Source of the DNA: Tubulanus polymorphus
Taxonomy: Eukaryota > Animalia > Nemertea
Assembly (NCBI RefSeq): GCF_964204645.1
Contig: NC_134026.1
Location: 9,137,950 to 9,201,949 of the forward strand
Direction: 5' to 3'
Length of the DNA stretch: 64,000 nucleotides
The notes beneath the pieces were generated by a model that had not been told where the DNA came from, searched no databases, and was given only the letters and a program-made list of their open reading frames with translations. Every line of letters starts with the position of its first letter. Within the stretch, counting starts at the first letter, position 1. The position numbers and the translations under genes were made by a program. Below, one piece after another: positions 13,101 through 26,900 of this stretch.

Positions 13101-14941
13101 GCACAGAATTTCATGCCATTAGTGGTGCCAATTTGTATGAGCGCAAACGGTTCATGACATGAGCATACAAAGAACCGGGATCGTAGCTATCGATTCTTCG
13201 GGAGATTTCTACCAAAAACAATATTTTTGTGACGGCCAATTTTTCAGATCCTTGGTTTTATGGGATAAACGTCCGATGACCTACATTGATGACGTTTCCT
13301 CATAAAAGGGGTCCCATATGCATCGCAACAACCAATCAGAGCTACGCACACCTGCTATGGAGTCATGATAGACCATTAAGTAATACATTTGCCTTGCCTA
13401 ACATGTATTCTAGATCTATATCTATAACGGAAATATTAATTTGAAAATATTTGGCATTCTAAAATTCATTTTCGGTGTATCAGTGGGTATTTTGGTAAAC
13501 GTGCGTATGAATATGCCGATGAATTTTAGGTAATACGTATTTGCATATAGGTGAACTGGTATTGTTAAGGATATAATCAATCGTCTGCACTTGGAAGTGG
13601 CTAGTCCACATTGATCAGCATCATTTGGGAAATATGCGCACATTTTGTCATGACGTTTCAGTGTCCTGAAAATCAATGACTTCGCAGCCACGAGCTCGGT
13701 GCCCCCGCAGCTATAGCCAAGATGCGATGTCGCCTAATGAGCAATTAACATCTCGTTTGATGTTATTAATGATGAAGATGTACTGATCGGTGTTTCGGTG
13801 TGAGTCTACCTGAAAAATGCCTTTTCTCAATTAAGCCGAGCTTGGGGGCTAAGGATGACCCTAAAAATTCTTTTTGCCTCGGCTCTGAATCTGTCATTCG
13901 TTAGACAATATAGAAAATAGTTCACGCTTGAATCTAAAGGAGTTAATACATCAGACCCTATACTAGATATACGGGATAAAACTTGACGAGTTGTTAAACT
14001 TCCCTTTGGTACATTGAAAAAGTAAACTAGAATATCTTTGTAAGTACTAATCGAAGTAGCAGACTCTAAAACAATGAATAGAACTATGATAGCAATTGCC
14101 ATTTTAGTCGCTTTTCGGTCGATATTTTTGTGCTTTGAATCTTGCGTGAGATTCTCTCTATTTCTGCCAATTCTTTTTAGTATGATGATGAGAATTGCGT
14201 TGAGAATCAGTAGGAATAAAATCGGCAAAAAATTCGTGAAAACTGACGTCAATAATGATTCTACGTAATAGATGATGGTATTTTCGATTGGAGATAATTT
14301 TCGGCGGGTTAGTACAGGAATGTAAACTCCTGAACATTTATCAAACCAGTACTTTGAATGTCCAATATTTAACATAAAACTAAGACCAAAACAAGCAAAG
14401 AAAACATATTGCACGCAAACGCATATATATAGTCGGTGTTTAGTCATATGCACCTGTGCGAACAGCGGAAAACTGAGACTAATGACCCGTTCTGCTGCTA
14501 TCAGCACTGTTAGCCAGTTTCTCGTCAATTTCGTTGATCGGTTGAAGAAAAACATTGCAAAATAAATCCCATAGAATCCAGCAAATTTTGGATCGTTAGT
14601 CATATCTATGAGGCGTTGAAAAGCATCCCCGTACACGACAACGTTCAGTAAAGGTCGCAGGAATTCACGAAAGAATTTGACGATGAGAAAAGAAATATCA
14701 GCGACAGCTAACGCTCTGAGGAGAAATATCGACCGGTGCTGCGATGACTGTCGTTTTAGAATGACGATACTAAGACTGTTGAAGAAAACACCAAACACGA
14801 CCATAGCAGGTAGAAACGTTACTCGCTGTATGAACCGATCTGTAATTCTAAGTTTATCATTGCACATTAGAGTATAATTCGACATAATGTTTTCTCTGTA
14901 TCAGAAATGTCAATTGGTGAATCAGTAATTCATTGGAAACC

Positions 14942-14981
<40 letters not shown>

Positions 14982-17900
14982 TTTAAACCCTGTTTTATTG
15001 CATTACCGTAAATTCCAACATCAATATTATTTATTAACTTATACCGTATATATTTCTGTGCCAAATTATGTATTTCTGTGCCAAATGAATTTGTCGATTC
15101 TGATCTTAGATTAGATTAGATAGCTTTATTTTTCTGAAAAATTGTAACAAAACATGTAAAAATCATTATGATTTATCCCCATGTCCGATCCCAGTGTACT
15201 AAAGTTTTTCCACCATGATAAAGTGCATGCAAGAATATATGGGCTCCTATGGAGAAAATGCACCTGACAGCGTGTCATATTGGCCATAAAGTGCAAGAAG
15301 CTAATTGAAATGGAAAGTCATAGTTGATTGCCAGGGTGAACTTCGTATATTAGAGTTTATCAACTATTTGCAAACTAAGTGAAACCGAATGTCAGTTACT
15401 ATAATCCGGAAATAGCAAACCACGCAAATTGAGCCCAGTAGACTGCGGACCAGACCCAATTCCAAGATGGCCAACACTGTGAAATTCGTTCAGACCGAAC
15501 TATTCATTATTCATTGAATTCGATTATGCATTTTATTATTAGCTCTGAACACTAGTTAACAAAATACAAAAACTGAAGTTTGCCTAATACGATGCATATG
15601 AACAATATTACCGTATGTATGGTATTCGTATCTAAGTTTATATAGGTATCGCGTGAATATTTCTTTAGAAAGTAGGGTTATTTTTCGAATAATGCCATGC
15701 AACAGTGTTTGGTTGTGCTATGTCCTCATTAGAAAACCTATTATATCTTATCGCCAACTAGGAGGCATATAAGGAAAATTGGAAGGTTGTGGTCCTAAAA
15801 GAGAGAAAAGAAAAGGCATCTGGCGGTTAAAGACATTTTTGAAGAGATACATCCTAAAAGATGCAAGTTCCAAGTTGGAATTGCATCTATGTCTTGACAT
15901 AAGATTGGGAAACCTCAAGAAAGGGCAACTTCAGTGGGAAGGCAGGGGTCAGGACCACCCCCTAAATCCACCTCTGAAACTACGATAAGAGTGCGACTGA
16001 TATAATGATGGCGATTTTGATTTGTTTTTGCGAAAGTGATGAGGACAGGTGTCCTCGCTTATCATTAAATTGGAAGCTTGTTTGAACGAATCTGTCACGT
16101 CTAATGACAGGACCAGCTGACCGTGAAAATTCAATTCACGTGATCTCAATACTCTAGATACTCCAGCAGCCACAGCGTAGTGGTGACGATGACCTACGAG
16201 TTGATAAGTGTTTATTTCTTTACAATGATATACTGAGACATTCTTGATAGTGACTTTGGCACTCGAATGAACGGTACAATGGGGAACCTGCAAAGAACCA
16301 GCTTTCCCAACCGGTTACAAATATTATTTTATGAACTGCCTAATTATATAAATGTTTGTGTTCCACGCAATATGTGGTATCGATTTTCAATGATAATTCA
16401 TTTACTTCAGAGGAAAGATGGTTCGAAGTCAAATCGCCACAGTTGAATTGTCGAGACTGCATTAGTTGTAATGATTAAGATAATGTAAAATTTCTGTTGT
16501 TTTCAGTATATGTTGGCACCATTCACTGACAGTCATGTGAGTTCGAAGTCAAGTACGCCACTTAGGTAAGCAACAGGTTAATAATTATATATTAAAAGGC
16601 CCTAAGGGCCCATCAGCGTAAGAATAATTGGGTCGATCGGACTCAAGATGGCCATCCTAGAACCTTTTTTGTAGCCAAAAATGTAAATTTTCAGTTACAA
16701 GGTAATTGGTTTTTGTATATGGCCATCAGGGGCATTGAATAATACATTAGCTTAGTATTTCTTATTATATTCGTACCTATGCATATTTTGTTACCACAAT
16801 CAATTGCAAAGTTATAGCTAATGACATGGTCTATGATTGTGGCGAGTTTCAAGGACATTAGTTATTCTATATGGTCACCAGGGGGTGCTGAATAGAAGAA
16901 TAACTTGATATTTCCTTATGGTTTGGGTACCTAGGCATATATATTTAATTACCATGATTAATTGCAAAATTGTAGCTCATGACATGTTCTATGATTGTGA
17001 TGAGTTTCAAGGTCATTGGATTTTGCATATGGTCACCAGGAGTCATTGAATTGTAGGATAACTTAATATTTCCATATTATATTGGTACCTAGGCATGTTT
17101 TATTATCACAATCGATTACAAATTCGTAGCTGCTGACATGTTCTATGATTCTGGTGAGTTTCAAGGTCATTTGTTTTTGTATATGGCCACCAGGGGGTGT
17201 TCAATATTGAAAGTGTTCGATTGCAATGGAAACCACTTCTCAAGTGGGCATGGTTTCCCTGGACCCCTAGTTACATTGTACATTACCCCTAGTCTGGATC
17301 GCATCTCATTACTTAATTACTCATTTTGTTCTGGATTATAGGCCTACCGGTACGTATATCTCATAATTTTGTTTTGATACTAGTATCCGTGAAGATGCTT
17401 GTTACGATATAGTAAAAACTTTGAATGAACTACTAGCTCAAGGAAAAATTTCAGACTTTTTATTCTTAGTATGGGATTTCATATTACAGTCAAACTCGCA
17501 TCATAGCTGGGACAATCATTATGTTGATATTTATTCAAATGATAACATAAACATAGTAAATTGAACTGGAAATACACAAATTGCGACTCAAAAATAGTGA
17601 TGACTCAAGTAATGTGACGACTTTCCGTTATTCGATGATGCCTTAACCAAATTCAACTCTATATGTTTTCATATAGTATCAACTGTATCTGCAGTCTCAA
17701 GAACTATATCAGGTTATTATTTTCAGTGAAGAGAATGATAAGCGCTATACTGCCAGTAAACTAGCTTTAGTTACAATGTTCAGATCATGGCCAGGAATGG
17801 TTCGACTTTGCCGGCCGGATGGAAACGGACTGCAGTCGTTAATCGGAACTCTATTCTTGCCCAACATGCAGACGCGGGTAAGTGAAATTGTTTTCATCGC

Positions 17901-20900
17901 TTCGATTCCTTGCCTGATGAAAATGGGTGATAAGACCGGGCTAAATTCTTTACGTAGCATTTCTTGCAACTTTTCAATTCAAAGTGATATGTGTGCATTG
18001 AACTGTGAGTGATGACTTTGGGTCTATTTTGTGAAACGGTTGGCCTAAATCGATGAATGAATTTTTATAAATGCTTCAATTGTGAAATCAGTGCCATTGG
18101 GATTTTGCTTACTATAATCTGTGAATTTTTTGTTTTCTGTTGTAGACATGGATTTTGGATTTATTGTACGATATTTTCTATATTCCACTCCCAGTGAAAA
18201 CTGATGATTTCAACGTAGCTTTGCTCAGCATTTGTAAGTGACATTATTCTCTTTACCAACTTCATACATTGATTTTAAACAAGGAATAGCAACCAAATAG
18301 TGTCCTACCTGGTATTATTACATGCTATAAAGATCTGTGATTTGCAAATATGGTAGGTATCTTATTCAAGACAGATCCACAGGTATTTTTCGATTATACT
18401 CAAGATTGGCTTTTGCCAGTCAATGCCTCTGGGGATTGGAGGAGGACTGCTAGATCTATCAGATCAGCTGATGAGAATACTAACCGGGTATTTCTTCTAT
18501 AAATTTGATCTCTGAATGACTTCGGCAGTGTTGTGGATAAATGGTTAGAGCATTTAACTGGACTGCTTGGTCGTGGCTCCAAAATTCCCTAGAAAAGACT
18601 AAATCCCTTCCCCGATGCCTCTCCACCCAGGAGCAATTGGGTATCTGGTCACATAAATCAATGCTGAGTGATAGTAGTAGATTGGGTGTGACGATATACA
18701 CACGGTTAGAGATATAGGCTAGGGCTACCAATGTCTGGTCACATTCGTTATGAAGCACTCTGATAAATCTCTTAGTGTGTTGTTTTATTGAAAGCAGGTT
18801 CAACACGGATGAAGCGATCGTGGGCTCTAAATGATGGTTTCGTCGCACAAGAAGGAACCGACCTCTTACCGCACAAAGCCAAATGCAGGTAAACTATGGC
18901 AGTGGCTTATATTTTCGCAAATTCAGCCAGTCTTTGGCCAAAATCTGAATTGAACTGTCCGTATTCCATTGTAGAATGAATTTAGTCGAAAATCATTTAG
19001 CCTTACTTTTGTTGTCATTCATAACAGCTAGACTATTAGAGGTAAGTTATGAATAAAATATCATAACTAATTGTTAATGACATTCAGCAAATAAACCTTT
19101 ACAGAAACCTTTACAGAAAGGTATCTAGTGTCTGATATTCTGCTGAAAAATTCTGGATTGATTCATCTCATAGTTTTCATAGTAAGCATTTTAGTATATG
19201 AATCAAGTAAGATTATTGACAGACACGGGTACTGTGTAAACAATAATATAAACCACGTGCGCGCAATGCAAACAACAAACTGAGAAAAACTGTATTCTTA
19301 AATTACATCTAATTTGAATAGACATCTGTGCTGGTTTTTAAAAAGTCGAATCTTAATTGACTCCTTTCCTGTCAGTTACATTGCATAAGGCCACAGCATA
19401 CAATTCGCGATGGATCTTTTTGAAAATTACCATGAAGATTTGGGTCCGCTCTTGAAAATAAAGGTCATTGATGATCAAATATGGCTGCCAGGGTGGCCAT
19501 CTTGAATTTCTTGTTTGCACGATGTAGCTCGCAATTCTCGATGGATTTCCACAAAATTTGGTGTGAGGATCAGGGTAGGTATTTTAAGCTGTTCATGCCT
19601 ATTGAATAGGGAGGTCAGTGGCTTTCAGGTATGGCTGCCAATTTGGCCATCCATCTTCGATTTCTTTTTTAGCTCGATATACGACCTGGAATTCCTGATG
19701 GATCTTTTATTAGTGTAAAACGGAGTGCTGAATTCGTGTTGACCGCTATCTCGGTGAAATGATTCACGGGCTAAGGTCTGCGTTAAGTTGGCTGTTATAA
19801 AGGCAGCTAAATGGCAACTGCTTTTGAAGGCTATTGATGAAGTCTAAATTGGGTAAATTGGCAATTTCATGCCTTTTTTTGAGATTTTTAGTGATGTAGT
19901 GTGACGCCATCTTGATCTAATAACGTAAACAACACGAGCAGAATTGTACAACATTTGCTGTCGAATTTACAAGTAGGCTTTTTATATATTACTGATACAA
20001 CATAAATTCTTCAATGAGAAAACTACAAAAGAAGAAATAAAATTGACAATGACTTTTTAGGCCAGCTGTAGGCTGAGCCTGTTACTATACAAATGGAGCG
20101 GATTTAGATGACATGGTTTCCAGAGCTAAGACTCTTTGACTGAAACTGAGCATATATTTATACAAATCATTCATTAGAGCATTATCCGTTCTCCAACCCC
20201 TACGAAGCTGAATTTTGAAAGAGGGCCTCATTAAAATTTATATGAGCTTTTTCGCGAAAATCTGATAGCAAAAATATCTGTTTTAAAAAGCCAATCATGA
20301 AGAGCCAATCCTCTATGATTGGTTTAGCTGCAGAGATCAGCAGGTGTTCACGTGAACCCGCGGTATCGTCTACCGTTTTACTATCGGGTTTTATTTTAAG
20401 ATCTAAAATTGTATTTCAATATCGATTTCTGTGAAATCTTTAGTTGATTTGGTTTTTGGGAGGAATATTTTTATTTGCACTACAGAAAATATTGACAATT
20501 ATGCAAATTACGGGAAAAATAGCTTTTTCTCAAACCGGATGGATGACCTTGATATGCTAATTAGCCATGTGCTCAAACTGAAAATTCAATAAAATTTTAT
20601 TCTGCAAAAAAAATATCAAATCCAATTCAATTTTACTTTATTGAACAAAGATAAACAGCAAATCCAATTCAATTTTGTTTTATTGAGCAAATTTCAGAAA
20701 ATTCAATTCTATTCCACATTAAAATCACGAAGACCAAGGGTAAAGATTCATCTGAGGTATTTGTTCCTGCCAGCTCCAGTCGCTGTCTGTGCTACTTATG
20801 AAAGCACGATTGAATTGTGTAAATAATTAGCCTGGGATTGACTAGTCTATCGAGCTGGGAGTGTATTTCGACAAATTTAACCCACAGAATGCATCATTTG

Positions 20901-23900
20901 CCATTTTATGAAAAGCTGACAGGCTGGCCATAGTGCCCCTTGGGGCTCTTGTTCATTTACTGTGCTGAAAATTGCGTGGCGTAGTTGGCAGTATTTACTG
21001 TGGAGCTGTGATGATAGTGCCCTCATTTTAGTAACATGTACAGCTCACCAAAATCAACGAAGCCGTTAATCTTTAGATAAAGGATATTCTCTTAAATGAA
21101 AAAAGATTTGTTTGAAAATATTTGAACTAAAATTAATTATGCATATACTCGGGATTATTTTGACGAAAAATCATTTGTATCGATATGCAGTTGAATTTTA
21201 AACAATTCTAATTTGCATTAAAAACACCATACAAGTCGACCAATATCGTGTAGCATATAATTGTATTCGAACCCATCGTTTACTGCGGGTGACTCGCTAC
21301 AATCCTGCCTATGTGTGGGATCCAGCCTATTGTCCACTGCGCTACTGCTTGTGACGCTAAGGTTCATGATGAGACGGTGACGTGGTAGGGGAGCCGCAAT
21401 CAGCACGCTTTCTCATATGGCGTGGTTAAAGGTGTATCACCGATAGAACGATGCTACGAGGGAACTTTGATTTTCGCCTTTGTCCAGCGAATAGATAATA
21501 CTCACACGTTCATGTTCATATTGGTTATGTCGGACTGGTGTACTGTAGTGTGAGAATAGATAGACATTTCATCAGAATGTCGCACTTGTTACTAACCCGA
21601 CCACGCAGAAAGAATCTCTGTAGTTGCAAAATGTTATAATATTTATCAGTTCATTTCTAGAACTGCCGTGTCTGAAATAGTAAAATATCATTGATCATGG
21701 TTTAAAAAAGTAATGTACAGGGTAGATAGGTGGCCAGCTGTGTCAACTTTCAAGGTCAGTAATGAGTGGAGAGACAAGGTATCAATTTTTTAGCCTTAGG
21801 TCTTAGGTCTTGGCTTTGAATCCTGAAAATCCGGACAGAGTTTGTATGGAACTTAGAATACTTTCTCATCTCCCGATACAGCTAGATTTAATTTCAGCTT
21901 CAGCAACAAAAATATAAATATGACATCTGAGATGCTTTTGATTTAACGAAACCTTGTATGCCCTGAGACCTTCACCTTGCACTCTCCTAAAACAACATTC
22001 ACTATGATTTATTTGGAGGCTTATAATTTATAATGATGATATGTATTTCATTTCAAAATTTATTAGGCCTACTTAAAATGTGTTACGTACTACCTTCTCT
22101 TCCTTGTATAAACAACTTTTTTGCAATTGCAAAGAATAAAATAAGTTATGAATATCCTTGACAGTGTGCTTTGAATGACACACTTCTTCCATAATCCTTG
22201 CTGTGTGCTTGGTGAACAGAATGAAATCTGCAAGGTTTCAGGAAAAAGCTTGAGGCGCTTGTATGCCCTGAGACCTTCACCTTGCACTCTCCTAAAACAA
22301 CATTCACTATGATTTATTTGGAGGCTTATAATTTATAATGATGATATGTATTTCATTTCAAAATTTATTAGGCCTACTTAAGATGTGTTACGTACTACCT
22401 TCTCTTCCTTGTATAAACAACTTTTTTGCAATTGCAAAGAATAAAATAAGTTATGAATATCCTTGACAGTGTGCTTTTAATGAAACACTTCTTCCATAAT
22501 CCTTGCTGTGTGCTTGGTGAACAGAATGAAATTGTAGGCGAACACTCTCAGCTGCTTATTCTTCATGAGAGCATGTTAGTCAATAAACTGTACTGGATTA
22601 CATGAAACATCGAGCTTTATCAGATTCGGTAGATAATGAAGTGACTCGCGTCCCACCAGAGAACTCAATGCGTTTTCCTGTAATATTAGTACCATCAATC
22701 TTGTTAATCGACGGAATGGTTTTATGCTTTTTATCATATTCTTCGATAAGTCAAGAATATTAATGTTGTTCTTTATTCGGGGGAACTTCGTGAGTCCTTT
22801 ATTCGTGCAGTTAGCGACATCAAAAGAGCTGAAAAATAGGTTCAGGTGCTGGTGTTACGAATAAAGTTTCTTTCAAATCCAATAAATCTCTTTAAATCAA
22901 TGACTTTCAATCAAATTGCAGTGGTTATAGAAACAGTCAGGGTGGATCTAGGGGTGCGGTGTATTTGGGGTTCGGACCCTGCCTTCCAATTGAGGTTGCC
23001 TTTTTTCTAGGCAATGATCGTTAATGCCTACAATTTGACACTCCGAAAAAAATGTATCTTTGCGGGGTATTTCAACACTAAGTAGTCTGCCCCATATGCT
23101 TCGTCTTGAGTTTACATTTCTCCGATATAGATCCACCCCGGCAATGATAGATACAAAAATTAATTTCAACTTACCCATCTTTGTAATAACAGCGACACAC
23201 TGACGGGCAACCGTAGTAAATGCGTCTGAGGATATTGCTGTGTCGGTTTGGACACCGCTTATCGCCTACTATTCCAGATTGGAACATCGGACTACCACTG
23301 AGTGACCGGTATTTCTGATAATCCAGTAAGTTACTTTCTGAACTCCAAGGCGTTGTTTCGATTTCAATAATTTCTGATATGATACCACAGTGGCTCAGTA
23401 GTATCGCAACCACGAGAATTAGGAGTTTAGATGTGGTCATTTTCTTTATTCTGTAACTGATCACATCGAACAGATGACGAAAATACCGTGTACAACGGCG
23501 CAATAAATAATGCACCATGAATTATCAAGTAATATGAACGTGTACAAGGAAGGATGAAACAGCATAATGATAAATTCTGGGTACTAGGATGAATGCAATG
23601 AATGAATATTGAAATATAGAATAATATTATCTTTATTATTCCTGAATAGAGTACAATTATTAATTATGAAATATTGATATGCTTTATAAGTTACATAAAT
23701 TACATAAAGGTTACATTTGTGATAACTGTAATAAATCTGCAAGGTTTCAGGAAAAAGCTTGAGGCGCTTGTATGCCCTGAGACCTTCACCTTGCACTCTC
23801 CTAAAACAACATTCACTCACACATTCACCCGAAATATATATACACGCACGCATGTATCCAGTGCGTATTATTGATGTATCTAGTTGGAGGGATTAACTTT

Positions 23901-26900
23901 AATTGAAAATGATTCAGAAAAGAAAACAAAAAATTAATCAGAAAGCAAGAAATGTTTGCATTTTCTTTTAAAAATGTGTATTGACTTAGATTCTGTAATT
24001 TCTTTTTAAAATTAATTCCATAATTTGGGTCCTTTGATTTTGAAGGAGTCGTACTTTCATTGAGTATTAAAATGTTCTGAACCAATATTATTTGAGTTTC
24101 TTAGATTAATATTGTGTAAGTCTGATATTTTATTAAAGAAATTTGTGAAAACATCGGGAGCTTTGAATTTGAATATAGGTTCATAAATTTTCCAATAGAA
24201 AATTTAGCTATATCATCCAATTTCAGTATTCAAAGATTTAAATAATGGTGAGGTGTGGTCCCAGAAGCCACTTTTTGAAATGATTCTTACCATTTTTGTA
24301 AAGTAGAAATAAATCATTCAAATAGCTAGGGAATGTATTAGTCCAGATGGTATAACAGTATTGGTAATATAGAAATATCTAGCTGAAATATAATGCGAGG
24401 GAATATATGAAATTCTCTTAATAACGCCAATATTTCTAGAAATTTTTCTACATTGTTTATAAAAAATCGATGGTCGACTACTCACGTGCTTGACTCAACT
24501 AGTGGCCACAGACGTTTCTAGGAAGATGTTTTTACAATTGCAGTATCAACGAAATCCTCAGATAAATCTATATCTTCAGTGAAAAAATCTACATTGTATC
24601 TCAAAAAAATGAAAAAGTTACAGCCAATGATACAAAATTACCAATTTTTTTGAGGCCCCTTCCTAAATGTGATGTATCTTTTTTAAACTGTAACTGTGTC
24701 CGATTGTTGCAGCTGACAAAAGTGAAATAAACACCATCAGAAATAGAAATTGTCACCTTTCTGACGATTTACAAGTTTAGATTCAGTGCCAAAAGAGGGA
24801 TGGACGACAATTAGTCGCATTTAAGGTTTTAGTTTTTATCTGTCCAACAATGTGGGACCTGGGGACTGCCTCAAAATGGCGACTGGTAACTGGAAACTTC
24901 CCTATTGGCTGCAATCTTAGTGTCACCAGTACTCATTTTTAGTGAGGTGAAAATTAATTGGTTTTAACTTGTAATCTTGATATTTGATTGTTATTAGCTC
25001 TGTCATACATCTCCTCACATGGAATTGGAATCACCCAATTCTTTGTCTTACCACCAGGAGGAGTTGATTAAATATTGAATAATATACAGTTTGTCTATTT
25101 ATATTGGTACCTATGCATTTTTTGTACAATCTTGATGCACAGTTGTAGGTCATGTTTAGTTCTATTATTGCTGCGAGTTTCAAGGTCATTGGTTTTTTTT
25201 ATATATAGGGGGCGTTGAATAGTAGAATAACTTTCCGTAGAATGTTGATTTCCTTACTCTATTGGTAGGGAGGTATATTTAGTTACCATAATCCATTGCA
25301 GAATTGTAGCTCATGACATGTTCTATTACTGTGGTAAGTTTCAAGGTCATTGCGTTTTGCATATGGTCAACAGCAAGCGTTGAATGGAAGATAACTTAGT
25401 ATTTTCATATTATATTGGTACCTGGGCATATTTTGTTCTTGCAATCAATGCAAAATTGTAGCTCGTTACATGTTCTATGGTTGTGGTGAGTTTCAAGGTC
25501 ATTGGTTTTTGTATATGATCGCCAGGGGGCCTTGAATATTGAAATTGTTAGATTGTTGAGCATTTGGTCATCATACCCCCAAGTGGGTATGATGTCCCTG
25601 GACCCCTAGTTTGGCTTAAACCCACTTATGAGGACAAATTGAGGCAAGGTCCACCCCTAACACCCCACAGGGATGGTTGACTGGTAGTTAACAACCTAGA
25701 TGGTTAATTTGATGTTTTAGAGTTTGGTTGAGGTGATCACGACTAGCGAACCTCAAGTGGCTGTACGAGCAACTATACTTCTAGGTGAACTTTTGAAATT
25801 AGCGAACAAGTGTCTCCCACATGATTGCCGTCAACACACTCAAACTCTACCATCATTGATCAATCTTGCCACTGCTACAGATATCGCTGCCAACATTAGA
25901 AAGTAAGTCATGATTTTACTGTATTTATTAAGCGAATAATATTGTGCAATATGAAGGTCTGAATGATATATATTTTCTAAGGTGTTATATACAGAAAAAA
26001 TGTTACATCTCTGCTCAGGCCTTCTTTAACCCCTTGGATGGGAGGCTGCAAGGACTATTGTGGTTTAGTTGCCTTTGTCCATCTGTCAGGGCGTAGGAGC
26101 AGGCAGTGGCGGAACTGTACGCCAAGTAAATAAAAAAGGTCTCATGAGTTAGTCATATCCAACAACATAGGTATCCAACAGCATTCCTTTCTAATCCCTG
26201 AAAAAACTTCGGGGAGAAATTTTGCTAGGCTTCTTGAAATGAGTATGCCATTGTTTTATATTACTCCCTTACAATGCCATGACATTAAGGTCAATCAATA
26301 TGTGTTGCCCATTTTCCAAAATAAGTTGAAGGACAGGGTATATAATGACCCTTGACTGCTTAATCATCAGTATTTATTTATTCATATTTGGTTTTTGTAG
26401 TCGTGCAAGCACGGCAGTGAACTGTCTGAATACGATGCATAGTCTCAGTAAACGTGGCCCGGTACCGTGTAGCATGTATATGGAACAAATTCTGAGTCAA
26501 ACTCGTGATAACGTGGATGGTAAACAGGACGATACTTATACGGTAGAAGAGAAACACGCGCAATATCTCAGAAAGGTATCAAAACACAAACTTGCTTATA
26601 TAGGAATGTACGTAACTTGGATCGTAATGAGGACTGGCATCTTGCTAAAAAGTTTTTCTGAAACAGGTTTTCCACAAAATAATCCCAAGTTAATTAGATA
26701 ATCGATGAAAACAATTTAGCAGTTAGTAGCATTGTTGCATAAAATGAATTTGTTACATTGACTCAATCGGGGTAAATACTGGTAACTGTTCATTCCTCAT
26801 ATAACATGTTTAGTGATAATACATATGTACCTTAAATAACTGAATACTTGGCAATGTGGCGACAGTGAGCGAATTGAAGCTTTGCACATAATGTTTAACC

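Noticed and set aside
15949-16293. 114-aa minus-strand ORF with a plausible acceptor, upstream of the nested GPCR
   Set aside because: No recognisable domain, no true ATG start and no partner exon; it runs into a MITE-like end.
18290-18780. ORFs 18400-18582 and 18480-18848 (-) in RICTOR intron 8
   Set aside because: Possibly decayed retroelement sequence, but I found no motif I could assign; part overlaps RICTOR exon 9 antisense.
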